Source: Tricharina praecox (taxonomy: Eukaryota). From it: DNA of 64,000 bases. The position numbers and the translations under genes were made by a program. The notes below the pieces were generated by a model. It had not been told where the DNA came from. It was given only the letters and a program-made list of their open reading frames with translations, and ran no database searches. The stretch lies in contig NW_026250425.1 in NCBI RefSeq assembly GCF_024521635.1, forward strand, positions 248,001 through 312,000, written 5' to 3'. Of this stretch, positions 40,061 through 51,500 are shown piece after piece; positions within the stretch are counted from its first letter, which is position 1; every line of letters starts with the position of its first letter.

Positions 40061-40825
40061 TACGCAACTGGTGGGCGCGGGGTTCCGCTGGTCGGAATGG
40101 TTGGGCTGTGTACGATTATGAACTGTGACGGAGGGGTCTTTTGTATGCTTAAGGAATGGAACCTGTCATGACCAAATTTCGCCCTTGAAAACGGTCTACA
40201 CTCGAGATTATAGCGAGGCATTACTACTGTATTCTATCCATGGCGGGAATTTTCCCACGGCTGTGAGGGGCCTTGGGTGGTGACTTGAATAACATCATCA
40301 ACCGTCACCACACTCGGCAACGACAAAGAGACGACTTCACCTTTGCATGTTACCCGACCATAACCACCATAGGTAAGTAGTCTACACAGATTCAAAGCGA
40401 GTATGTACATGTAATGAAACAAATAAATTCCCTCCGACCACACGACCATCCCATCCTTCAGAGGAAACCATCATGGAGAATACCTACCGATTCTAATCCA
40501 GCGAGGGAGAGAGAGAGAGAGCGAGAGAGAGAGATTCTGATCAGACCATCTACTTTTCTGTTTATTCATTTCACACGAAGTTTACATCATACGAGTGAGA
40601 ACTCACAGACGCCCGCCACGTTGGCACCACCATTAAAATTCGAATACTATGTAGAACGACCGATTACCATACCTAGAAAATGCCAGAAAACCAAAACCAA
40701 AACCAAGTTCAAATCATACAATTCCCTAATACAGAATACTCGATCGCATGAAAAAGGGCTGTATAAAAAGCAAAGAAACTCCCATCAAGCAGTCCGCATT
40801 TGACCAGTTATCTAGTAGTTAGTAT

Positions 40826-41590
40826 CTAGTATCTATCCCGGCCCCCTCCCCGCTGGCAAGCCCCTTCAGCGCAATGATGCGAATGCTGATGCGGACCCCG
40901 CCTCGGCGGACCACGCCCGTTAGCGTCATCACGCTCACTATCAGTCTCGTAGCTCTCCGTGCTATCGCCCTCGTCGCTCTCCCTGCCGCCATTCCCACCA
41001 TAACCCCGCACCTGAACCCACCTCCCACCAGTGCCATGCGCATCACCCGCGCGAGGAGGGGATCGGAGCGGGTAGTGTCCCATGTGACCCCCGGGGATCG
41101 ACGGGTATGCCATGGGCACGCCGGGCTGCCGACGGCCGGGCATAGGGATTGCGCGCCCAGGGCCGGGAGGAGCGTACTCGAGGTTCGAAGCGCCCCGCCC
41201 GCGGACGAACCCGTCTAAGCTGCCGTCATCGGAGGAGGAGCCTTCGTCGGAGCTGCCGGACGAGGCGTAGGTGGCGTGCGGGTGGTGCGCGTGGTGGTGG
41301 TGGTGGTCGTGGTGTGCGTGGTTATGGGGGTGGTCGTGGTGCGTGTGCGCGTGGTGGTGGTGGTGATGGCTGTTGGGAGCGGGCCGAGGCGGCGGGAAGG
41401 CGCCCCCTCGAATCAGCTGGGGTGGGCCGTAGCCGGGCAGGTGCAGGACTCGGCCGGGCATGTGTTGTGCTGGGGCTCCGCCGTACTGGATCGGGATCAT
41501 TGGCGGTACGCGGCGGGGCGGGTGTGCGCGGTCTGGGCTGCTGTCGCGGCTGGATCCGTCGGATCCGTAGGGTTGACGACGGTGAGCCAT
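40826..41590 (-). CDS. His/Pro/Gly/Arg-rich low-complexity orphan protein, copy A (254 aa)
   Basis: Intronless ORF with an ACAATG start context and CATAAATA upstream. Homologous to 42390..43052, with the frame preserved despite indels. Confidence 0.75.
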   Translation of the reverse strand: MAHRRQPYGSDGSSRDSSPDRAHPPRRVPPMIPIQYGGAPAQHMPGRVLHLPGYGPPQLIRGGAFPPPRPAPNSHHHHHHAHTHHDHPHNHAHHDHHHHHAHHPHATYASSGSSDEGSSSDDGSLDGFVRGRGASNLEYAPPGPGRAIPMPGRRQPGVPMAYPSIPGGHMGHYPLRSPPRAGDAHGTGGRWVQVRGYGGNGGRESDEGDSTESYETDSERDDANGRGPPRRGPHQHSHHCAEGACQRGGGRDRY

Positions 41591-41989
41591 TGTGTTCTGT
41601 GTATGTATGTGATTGTAGCGGAGGAGTGGTTGTATTCAGGTTTTGGGGATCTGTGTCGTTGATGTATGAGGATGAGGTTGTGGAATCAAGGTGTGTTGAT
41701 GAGGGAAATGGACTGGACGGATCTGAGGGCCTCTATTTATGCCGGGCTGTGGCGGGTTTTCTATCACACTGTTTACCTGTATAATACTTTGAAATCATCT
41801 CACGGCACTGGTAATTGAACGGAGATGTTGAACGAGATATATGTCAGGTGCGAAGTCAGATGCTGAGTGATCTTCTATGCTGCAGCTAACACGATCCACC
41901 CATCACGATCGTAGTCAATGCACTGATATGGCGCGAATGAGAGGAGGCATTCTTCGTGGAGGAGCAAACTTGTTTCCCAGTCCACTCCA

Positions 41990-42055
41990 TTAATTACCGC
42001 CAGCAACCCTTTTCTCATATTCCTCCCATCCAGCCTTCCTGTACTCTTCCGCGGT
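41990..42055 (-). pseudogene. Stranded 3' fragment of URA3 (last 21 codons plus stop)
   Basis: Reads [21 protein letters not shown] versus [21 protein letters not shown] at 43439-43504. Confidence 0.9.
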
Positions 42056-42389
42056 GAGAGTGTCTAATCGAACCATCTACCTAGCAGATCATCTCACGGA
42101 GTTTGTATGTAGAGTGCGAGTGAGAAGTCACAGGTGCCAGCTACGCCTGCACCACCACCACCACCACCACCATGGAACATGCGTACTATTGAAGTTCGAA
42201 TTCTCTATACAGTGGCTAACTAACTAGAAAGCGCCAGAAAACCAAAACCAAAACCAAAACCAAGTTCAAATCATACAACTTCCTAAGAATACAGAATCTC
42301 GATCACATCAAATGGGTTGTATGTATAAAAAATCAAAGAAACCCCCCTCAATCAGCCCGCATTTCACCAGTCATCTACCTAGTATCCCT

Positions 42390-43052
42390 TTAGTATCTCT
42401 GATGCCGGCCCCCTCCCCGCTGCGGATCCCGCATCGCCGGAGCACGCCCATGACCACCGCGAGCACCACGAGCACCGCCACGCTCACTATCCATGGTCTC
42501 TTCACTCTCTGCGGTTTCGCCCTCGCCGTTCCTCCCACCTCTCCCATCCCCGCCATCCGCCCCACCCCGCCTCCCTCCCTCCAACCAGCGCCTAAGCGCC
42601 TCCGGCATATCAGGCGGATACCCGTGCCCCACAGCGGCAGCGGGACGTTGCTGGACCCCCGGCGGTATGCAGTCTCCACCAGGGCCACCAGGGCTATGGT
42701 GATTCCCGGGCCTCGGGGTCGCGCGCCTAGGGGGCGGCGGCGGTGTGTACGCGTGTTTCCCCGCGCGCACCGCGCGGACGAACTCGGCTAGGCTGTCGTC
42801 GTCGGAGGGGGCTTCGTCGGAGCTGTGGGATGAGGCGTAGGTGACGTGGGTGCGGGTGTGGGTATAGGGGTGGTAGGTGTGGTGATGGCCATTGGTAGCT
42901 GGGCGGGGGATCCTGCTGGGAAAGTGCTGTGCTGGGGCTCCTGCGGCTGCGCCGTACTCTTTGGGCATCGTTGGCGGTTGGCGGCGCGGCCCGTGTGCCC
43001 GCTCCGGGCTGTTCGAGCGGCTGGATCCGTGGGCTTGGCGACGGTGTGGCAT
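42390..43052 (-). CDS. His/Pro/Gly/Arg-rich low-complexity orphan protein, copy B (220 aa)
   Basis: Paralog of copy A, sharing M.HRRQ..GS, TYASS.SSDE..S.D.SL..FVR, E.DSER and QRGGGR..RY. Confidence 0.75.
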   Translation of the reverse strand: MPHRRQAHGSSRSNSPERAHGPRRQPPTMPKEYGAAAGAPAQHFPSRIPRPATNGHHHTYHPYTHTRTHVTYASSHSSDEAPSDDDSLAEFVRAVRAGKHAYTPPPPPRRATPRPGNHHSPGGPGGDCIPPGVQQRPAAAVGHGYPPDMPEALRRWLEGGRRGGADGGDGRGGRNGEGETAESEETMDSERGGARGARGGHGRAPAMRDPQRGGGRHQRY

Positions 43053-43438
43053 TGTGTTTTGAGTGTGTATTTGATTGTAGCAGACGGGTGGTTGTGTTTA
43101 GGCTGTGAGGATCTTTGTTGATATATGAGGATGTGGATGTGGTCAAGGTGTGTTGATGAGGGAGTGGAGTGGACGGATCGGAGGGCCTCTATTTATGCCG
43201 GGCTGTGGCGGGTTTTCTATCACACTGTTTACCTGTATAATACTTTGAAATCATCTCACGGCACTGGTAATTGAACGGAGATGTTGAATGGGATATATGT
43301 CAGATGAAAAGTCGGATGAGTGATCTTCTATGCACCTGAGACGGTTCACTATCACGATCGTAGTCAATTCTCGGATGTTGCGCGAATGAGAGGAGGCATC
43401 CTTCGTTGCGGAGCAAGCTTGTGTCCCAATCCACTCCC

Positions 43439-44251
43439 TTAATTACCCCCCGCAACCCTCTTCTCATACGCCTCCCAACCCGCCTTCCTGTACTCCTCCG
43501 CGGTCGTGACCGGGTCCGCAGCGCCGATGATCCCCCTTCCAACAATGATAATATCGCTCCCCTTCTCGCCCACAATCCTCTCGGGCGTATTATACTGCTG
43601 ACCCAGCCCATCGCCCTTCCGTCCCAAATCCACCCCGGGAGTCATCACAATCCAATCCTCGCCCTCCCTGTTCTCCATAGCGCCCTGCGCGATGAAGCCC
43701 ATGACAAACTCCTTCTCCCCCCTCGCCATCTCGAGCGTTTTCGCCGCATACTCCCCACCGCCCAGACTGCCTTTACTCGACATCTCGGCGAGCAGCAATA
43801 GCGCGCGGGGGTGTGCCACCGTAGCGGCAACCTCCTTCAAGCCGTCGATAATCCCCGGTCCGGGCACGGTATGGGCATTGGTGATATGCGCCCACTGCGC
43901 GATACGGTACACGCCCCCGCCGTACTGCGCCTTAACCGTGCTGCCGATGTCGGCAAACTTCCGGTCCTCGAAGATCAGAAAGTCGTGCTTCGCGGCGAGC
44001 GCGGCGAGCGCACCAGTAAACGCCGCGATATCACCTGCCCCCGAGAACGGCAGGATGTCGATGTGTGTTTTCGCGACGCAGATTGAGGGTCCCAGGATGT
44101 CTAAGAGACGGAGGATCTCCGAAGGTGAGGGCAGATCTAGGCTGATGCACAGGTTGGTGCGCTTGCGCGACATCAAAGAGAGTAGCGTCCGCCCGAGCGC
44201 TGTCGGGTGCGTCGAAGAGCGCTGCAAGTAGGTGGCTGTAAGCGGAGACAT
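43439..44251 (-). CDS. URA3: Orotidine-5'-phosphate decarboxylase (270 aa, intronless)
   Basis: [30 protein letters not shown] (active-site DxKxxDI), [27 protein letters not shown]. Confidence 0.98.
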   Translation of the reverse strand: MSPLTATYLQRSSTHPTALGRTLLSLMSRKRTNLCISLDLPSPSEILRLLDILGPSICVAKTHIDILPFSGAGDIAAFTGALAALAAKHDFLIFEDRKFADIGSTVKAQYGGGVYRIAQWAHITNAHTVPGPGIIDGLKEVAATVAHPRALLLLAEMSSKGSLGGGEYAAKTLEMARGEKEFVMGFIAQGAMENREGEDWIVMTPGVDLGRKGDGLGQQYNTPERIVGEKGSDIIIVGRGIIGAADPVTTAEEYRKAGWEAYEKRVAGGN

Positions 44252-44393
44252 CGTTGTGGGCTGTTGGGTGAGGCTGGAGTGAGGATTTTTTGTGTCGCGA
44301 TGCTTGGTGGGGTGGTAGAGTGGTGGGGTGATGGGGTTCGCGCTAGGCTGCATTGATGCTGTCATGGTGCATTGGGCGAATGATAGCTCGTGC

Positions 44394-44515
44394 GCCATTC
44401 ACCTCTGCAGCCATTGACCTCCGTCTCCATTCACCTCCGTCTCCATTCACCTCCGTCTCCATTCACCTCCGATTCACCTCTGTCTCCATTCACCTCCGCA
44501 GCCATTCACCTCCGC
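44394..44515. repeat. 16-bp tandem repeat CCATTCACCTCCGTCT (~8 imperfect units) in the URA3 upstream region
   Basis: Directly visible, about 145-265 bp upstream of the URA3 ATG. Confidence 0.9.
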
Positions 44516-44724
44516 CGCGCTAAATACTGTGAAGGATCAATAGGAACAGCAAGAATCGATCTAGGAATTTACAAGATATAATTTAGAGGTGTGATTATAG
44601 ATCTATGGGAACTTGGAAAGTTCATGTAGGAAAAGAAAACGAAAAGTACGGTATCCAAAAAGACAAAAACCTAGCGCCTGACCGACCCCATCTATCCCCA
44701 CCGCCCCACAGTCCCTTCCTATCC

Positions 44725-44882
44725 CCCCTCTCCTCTCTCCCCTCTCCTCTCTCCCCTCTCCCTCTCCCTCTCCCTCTTCCTCTCCTCTCCCTCTCCCTCT
44801 CCCTCTCCCTCTCCCTCTCTCCCTCTCTCCCTCTCTCCCTCTCTCCCTCTCTCCCTCTCTCCCTCTCTCCCTCTCTCCCTCT
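44725..44882. repeat. CT-rich compound microsatellite
   Basis: Directly visible, immediately after the MFS stop codon. Confidence 0.9.
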
Positions 44883-44886
44883 GCAC

Positions 44887-46832
44887 CTAGTGACCCCCAG
44901 TCTCCACCTCCTTCACACCCCCCTCCTTTTCCGGCGCGGCAAATCTCGAATGTTTCCTAATCCTGGCGCCATAAAAGTAAAAGCAAAACGGGATAGCGCA
45001 GCAGGCGAGAGCCAGGAAAGCCAGGAACGTGCTTGCCCACTGGTATCCCATCTTGTGGTACATCTGGCTCGTGAACAGGACTGTGCTTGCGCCCCACATG
45101 GACCGGAGAAATGTTTTGGCCGCGAGCGCGGAGGCTGCTTGGGATTGGTACGTGTCCACTGCGGGGGGTGTTAGATAAGTGGGGTGGGCGAGGGGAAGGG
45201 AAGGGGTACGTACCCAGGTAGTTATTGCACGAGTTGTACAAGAAGATGAACCCGAACCCGACTGGGAAGCCGCCCAGCATGCTGCCTGCCCAGTGGACGT
45301 TCGGATAGCTGCACCAGGCAAAGATGAACAGGCCGATGGGGATCAGGAAGCAGGAGTACATCATCGGGATCAACCGCATTTCCGGCGGGGGATTGCCGTT
45401 GAACTTTGCGTGGATCTTGAGGTAGTGCTTGTTTACGAGCGGTGCGCACGCGGCGCTGGCGAGGACCCCCACCGCGATCGGGAGGAACATCAGCCCTGTT
45501 ACTCCCGGACGCCAGTGTTTGCCCTCTTCGTAGACGATGGGGTAGGCAACCTGCGGGGTAGGGTGTTAGCGGACGTGTGGATGGTGGTGAAAGCGAGGGT
45601 GGAACGCATACAAAGAACATGTACAGCAGGCCGTAAAGCACACTCATGTACAGACTCAGCAGAAGCACGATGAGCTCTCCGAACAGCAGCTGGAACGGCC
45701 GAGCAACGAAAAGCGTAAGTGTTTCCTTGAACGGGCGGCGGTCAATCTCGTCCTCGGTGACGTGCATTTGGTCGCCGGTTTCTTTGCGCAGCTTTTTGGC
45801 GCGGTCCGTGAGGATCTTGGGCGCGTACGTCTCGGACACGGTGAAGGTCAGGACCAGGTAGATTGTGCCGGCGAGGATCAGCTGGATCCAGTAGAGCCAG
45901 CGCCAGCCATTGGACATGTCCAGGTAGCCGCCGATGAGAGGACCTGCAGCGGGTATTAGATCTAGGTGAAATGATGGTTCATACGAACGGGGACATACCA
46001 ATCGCGGGACCGATGAACGGAGCGGCGCTGAAGACTGCCATGGGAACACCACGTTCTTCGTTTTTCCACAGATCTGCCAGACTTCCACCGACCTAATCAC
46101 CCAGTCAACACACTGCCTTTCGCGCCAAACGGAAGATATACACACCAATGTCATGGGCGCTGACATAGCGATTCCGCAGAGGGCTCTGCAAACCAGCAAA
46201 GTCTGGATATTCTTAGCCAAGGCGCACGGGATGATAAACAGCACCGACACGCCCAAAGTCGTAACATAGATGATCCTTCGTCCGAGGATCTCACTCATGG
46301 GCGCGAACGCCATGGGGCCGATCCCAAAGCCAACCACGAACAGTGTGACGCTCAGCAACGCGACCTCTCTCGAAACGCCAAACTCCTCCTGGACACCCTT
46401 GATTCCGGGAGTGATAACCGACGAACACAGGGCGACGATGAAGCACATCACGGCAATAACCATCGTGATCCACCATTTGTAGGCTTTGCTCCAGTTCTTG
46501 GGGTTGTCCGGGTCGTCGATGGTGAAAGTCACGAGTTTGTACGAGACCTTTTCGCCACGCGCAGAGATGGTGCGCTTGATGATCTCGCCAGTAGCGGTTT
46601 CCGTGGTGTATTCCCCGGTGTTGGCGGTGTTGCTTAATGTGCGGTACGCTAGATATGGGTCGTTCGGGAGGTGGCTGATAGTTCGGTGGATGTCTTGTCT
46701 GCATGGGTGTCAACACCAACCCGGGCCAAGCGATTGGGGAGGACTGTATTGTGCATACATTCCACCAGGCTCATCTCCAAGAGAGGGTGCGGTAGAAGGA
46801 GCGGTCGAAACCATGGCTGAAGTCGACGCCAT
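44887..46832 (-). CDS. MFS transporter, DHA1 (drug:H+ antiporter, TPO/FLR1-like) family, five introns
   Basis: [79 protein letters not shown] and [10 protein letters not shown], with many transmembrane segments. Confidence 0.93.
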
Positions 46833-48517
46833 TCCTCTCGAGCTCGCAATGGAAGGCAAATCAATAGGAAATAAAGAAAGAACGGACCAGCGGAAGTGTC
46901 CGAGTGCAAATGTATGTCTGAACTACCAGCCTTCTCATCCCTTCGGAGCACAGGGAGAAGCCATATATATAGCAAAAGAAAACCCGGTGAGACGTCTCCA
47001 ATTCAGTTCTGACCTCGAGCCCAGCAGAAAGAAAACCTGATGGGCCGCTCGTTACAGACTTCCTGCCTTGTGTGTACCTATGGCTGGCAATGCCGAGTTT
47101 GCCGTGCCCACGGGTGTGCCAAAGAAGCTTTTACAGCCGAAAGTAGTGCTGTATGTAGAACATTTATGTAGCTCCTCCGCCGAGAGAAGCCGTTGACGAG
47201 AGCGGTTATTCCAGGCGTCCCGTTGTGGTCTTGGGCCGTCGAGTTTGGGGGCGAAGGTGTCTAGATTTGACTTCACGTTCTGTTTGTGGCGTGAGTCTCT
47301 CCATTCTTCCTTTGGCTCTAAATCACCATACCGAGTTTCTTCCTTCAGAAGAAATTCTTCAAGCCCAGCTGTTGAAGGAAGCAATAATCGTCCATCGTCC
47401 ATCTTCAGATCTTCAATTCATTTCGAATTGAACGCCACCAAAAACAAGCGCAACACGGTCTCGGAAAATCCTTCGGTATGCAGTGCATGCAGCGGAGCGC
47501 AGGGATCCCGGTAAACAGAAGAGTCGAGCAAGCTTCGGAAGTCGGTCTTCGGAAGTGGGGGAGCTTGTGCTCGGTTTCAGCAGGGATTAAGTTCCTGTGT
47601 CGTGAGTCGTGAGTCGTATCGTTCGATGGCCGTTCTGCTTCCAGAATGGAACGAGCCACCCGAAAACTTGCTATGACGTATCCGGCGGGAGGGAAAGAAT
47701 GCAAGTTTCGGAAAGATTCGGTTTTGAACGTGGTTTTATTCGTTCTGAAGTCAAGCCCATGAGATCACCCATGTCTTTGATGTCTCTCGGACGAGAGAAG
47801 AGGAAGAGACTTCCAGAGTACCGCGTACATGGCGCGCCGACACGTTGGGATTTGAGACCGTGTCCAAGGGTCCTGGTCCCTCGATTGGCGGCCCCCGTCT
47901 TGCAGCTTCCACGCAGCAGCTCCTTGTGGCAGCTGCCACCCGGGAATCGGCTAACTGACAACGGCCAGGTCCCAGGGCAATCAGAATATCCCGCGCACAG
48001 CCTCCGGTCTCAGTCTCGTGTTTTCTGCATGGTGAAAGGATCCAAGGAGATAAAGATCACACCGGCTATGAGAGGAAGGATACACCGGTTGGGCGGAAAG
48101 AGACCTCAGAGGCAAATTTAGGTATGTACCCAGTTTAAGGAGACGATGAGGCCGATTAGAGTATGACAGCTTACACTCAGCGTCTTTCTCCAATAGAAAA
48201 GAAACTTGTAGTGGATATAATACCAACTGGCGATGACCTGCAGAGAGATCGACTACTCTATGTACCCACCCAGACCGTTCTTCGCCTGTCGCCTTGCACG
48301 TGATATCGCGAGTGAGTATCTATGCCAGACAGGGAGTTGGCCGCTAGTCAGCTAAGGTTAACTGGATCACGTTAGCCGCCACGTGATCATGCGCAATGGC
48401 AACTTCCGAGCTTGAAAAAAAAAACTCCTGTACCTACAAAGGCGGCAGGGAGCACTTCGCGACCACCTTCAATTGAATTGATCGATCCACGGCACAGCAC
48501 AGCACAGCATCGCCAAC

Positions 48518-51500
48518 ATGCCGGCCGCTACCACTGTCAAGCCGAACACCTCGTTCGACACTCTGAAGCGGGAGTCCCTCTTTCGAAACCCGCCAAAAGA
48601 CAAATCGGCTTTCCCGGCGCTCATCGCTGCGGTCCAGCCCCACATCGACTCGTTCAATGCCGTGACCGAGGAGGGTGGCTTTCTGGACCTGGCGAGGAAG
48701 GATATCGGCGTCAAGTGTGTGTTCGACGGCAAGGACGGCAACAGAGGAAACAAGATCTCGTGTAGGTTCGACCCCGCTGTTGGATCGCCGCGCGGGTCGC
48801 TGACTGCGCGGGAACAGTGCGCATCGACAAGGTTTACGTTGGAAAGCCGGCGATTAGCTCTCGCGATAAGACTACATTGAAAAGAGAGATCTACCCCTCC
48901 GAGGTTTGTCTGTCTGTCCGGTGCCGAGTGTGTGGGCGGGGCGCTGACGGAGGATAGGCCAGAGAGAGACATGTCACATATCGAGGGAGGCTCACGGTCC
49001 GTGTTGGATACAAAGTCAATAATGGACCCTGGGGATGGATCGATCGCGAGTGTGGAAACCTCCCGATCATGCTTCGAGTATGTCATTCGCCGCCGAGTCG
49101 CGACTCGAATGAGCGCGTTAGCTAACGGGGCGCACTAGTCCAACCGGTGCCATCTGGAGAACATGTCGCCGTACGACCTGATTGAACGCAAGGAGGAGTC
49201 GGAGGAGCTCGGTGGATACTTCGTCGTCAACGGTATCGAGAAGATCATCCGGTTGCTGATCGTCCAGCGACGGAATCACCCTATGGCGATCATCCGTCCG
49301 TCGTTCGCGAAACGAGGAAAATCCTACTCGCAGTATGGTGTGCAGATCCGAGCTGTACGGCCCGATCAGACGTCGCAGACCAACGTTCTCCACTACTTGA
49401 ACGATGGAAATGTCACCTTCCGATTTTCGTGGAGGAAGAACGAGTACTTGGTGCCGGCGGTCATGATCCTCAAGGCGCTGTGCGAGACGAACGACCGGGA
49501 GATCTTCGATGGACTGTTGACGATCCCCGACCGAGAGAACACATTCCTCACGGATCGCGTGGAATTGCTGTTGAGAACCTACAAAGCGTACCAGCTCTAC
49601 ACACGGACGGAGACTCTACAGTACTTGGGAGAGAAGTTCAGGATTGTGATGCGGGTGTCGGCCGACATGACCGATGTTGAGGTTGGAAAGGAGTTTTTGC
49701 GCAAGATAGTTCTGGTGAACCTGGAGGACCCCAAGGACAAGTTCCGGATGCTTCTATTCATGATCCGGAAACTCTACGCTTTGGTTGAAGGGAGCTGCCA
49801 GCCCGACAACCCTGATGCGGTCCAGCACCAGGAAATCCTTCTCGGCGGCTTCTTGTATGGTATGATCATGAAGGAACGTGTTGAAGAATATCTGGACAAC
49901 ATCATGTCGGAGCTCCGGAGGCAAGTCACCAGGGGTATGCTCGTCGATTTCAACAACAAAGACCACCGCGTGCGGATATTGTCCAAAACCAATGAGAATA
50001 TCGGCAATGCTCTGGAATACTTCTTGTCTACCGGAAACTTGGCATCTCCCAGTGGTTTGGATTTGCAGCAGGTGTCTGGATTCACTGTCGTCGCTGAAAA
50101 GATCAACTTCTACCGGTTCTTGTCGCACTTCCGGATGGTGCACAGAGGTAGTTTCTTCGCTCAGTTGAAGACTACAACGGTCCGAAAACTACTACCGGAG
50201 AGTTGGGGTAGGTCTCCTTCCTAGATAAGCTACCATCAATAGGATGTTGACTGAAGATATATAGGTTTTCTTTGCCCCGTCCACACTCCTGATGGAAGTC
50301 CTTGTGGACTGCTAAACCACTTCGCGCACAAATGCCGAATTACAACCACTATCTCCGACACGTCAGCCCTCAGGCCAGCCCTCGCCTCTCTCGGTGTCGT
50401 TTCACCCGCAGCCGTCCCCAAGCCCGCGTCCGCCACGTACTGTATCCAGCTCGACGGATGTATCGTCGGTTGGTGCTCTCCCAAGCAGGCCCGTGTGGTT
50501 GCCGAGACTCTGCGGTACTGGAAAGTTGAGGGATCACACGATATTCCCGTGGATTTGGAAATTGGCTACATTCCCGAGTCTGTTGGCGGCCAATATCCTG
50601 GTCTCTTCCTTTTCTCTCAGCAGGCGAGAATGATCCGACCAGTGAAATACCTTCCCTTGGAAAAGGAGGACTTTGTCGGACCTTTCGAACAGCCCTACAT
50701 GTCCATTGCGGTCCGGGACTCTGAGGTTGTCCCTGGAGAAAGCTCGCACGTGGAGTTCGACCCTACCAATATCCTTTCCATCGTTGCCAACATGACGCCG
50801 TTTTCGGACTTCAACCAGTCCCCCAGAAACATGTACCAGTGCCAGATGAGCAAGCAGACTATGGGAACTCCTGGAACAGCCATCCGTCACCGCACTGACA
50901 ACAAGTCGTACAGACTCCAGACCGGCCAGACACCCGTGGTACGCTCGCCCTTGTACAACGAATACGGGCTGGATAACTTTCCCAATGGTACCAACGCCGT
51001 CGTCGCTGTCATTTCATACACCGGTTACGACATGGACGACGCCATGATAATGAACAAGTCGGCCCACGAACGTGGTTTCGGACACGGAACCGTCTACAAG
51101 GTGGAGAAGATTGGATGGGAGTCAGCGAGCAAGTCGCGTGGTGGTACGAAGTCGGATTTCGTCTTTGGGTTCCAGAACGCCGCTGCAGTTGCAGACCTGG
51201 TGAATGAGGTCACTCATAGCCCGGCGGATTGGCCCGAGGAGGAGCGCCGCAAGGCGTTCCGCAAGATGGGGATGAAGGGAGAGTGGCTGCAGACCGTCGA
51301 CGAGGACGGTATGCCTGTGGTTGGAAAGAAGGTGAAGAAGGGTGATGCTATTGCAGTCTACCACGAAATCCCCAGCGATCCTACTGCACCTGTCGAGCAC
51401 AAGGCCTTCATCTACAAGGGAGATGAGGAAGCGTATGTTGAGGAAGTGCGATTGTTGCGTGAGTTCTCCGTATCTGGTCCCAAAATACCTGTCACTGATG

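Noticed and set aside
37010..46832. Transcription factor + GNAT + URA3 + MFS as a biosynthetic or self-resistance cluster
   Set aside because: There is no core synthase and URA3 looks like an ordinary housekeeping copy. Proximity alone is insufficient.
47052..48250. Possible gene between the MFS transporter and RPA135
   Set aside because: No consistent exon chain could be built.
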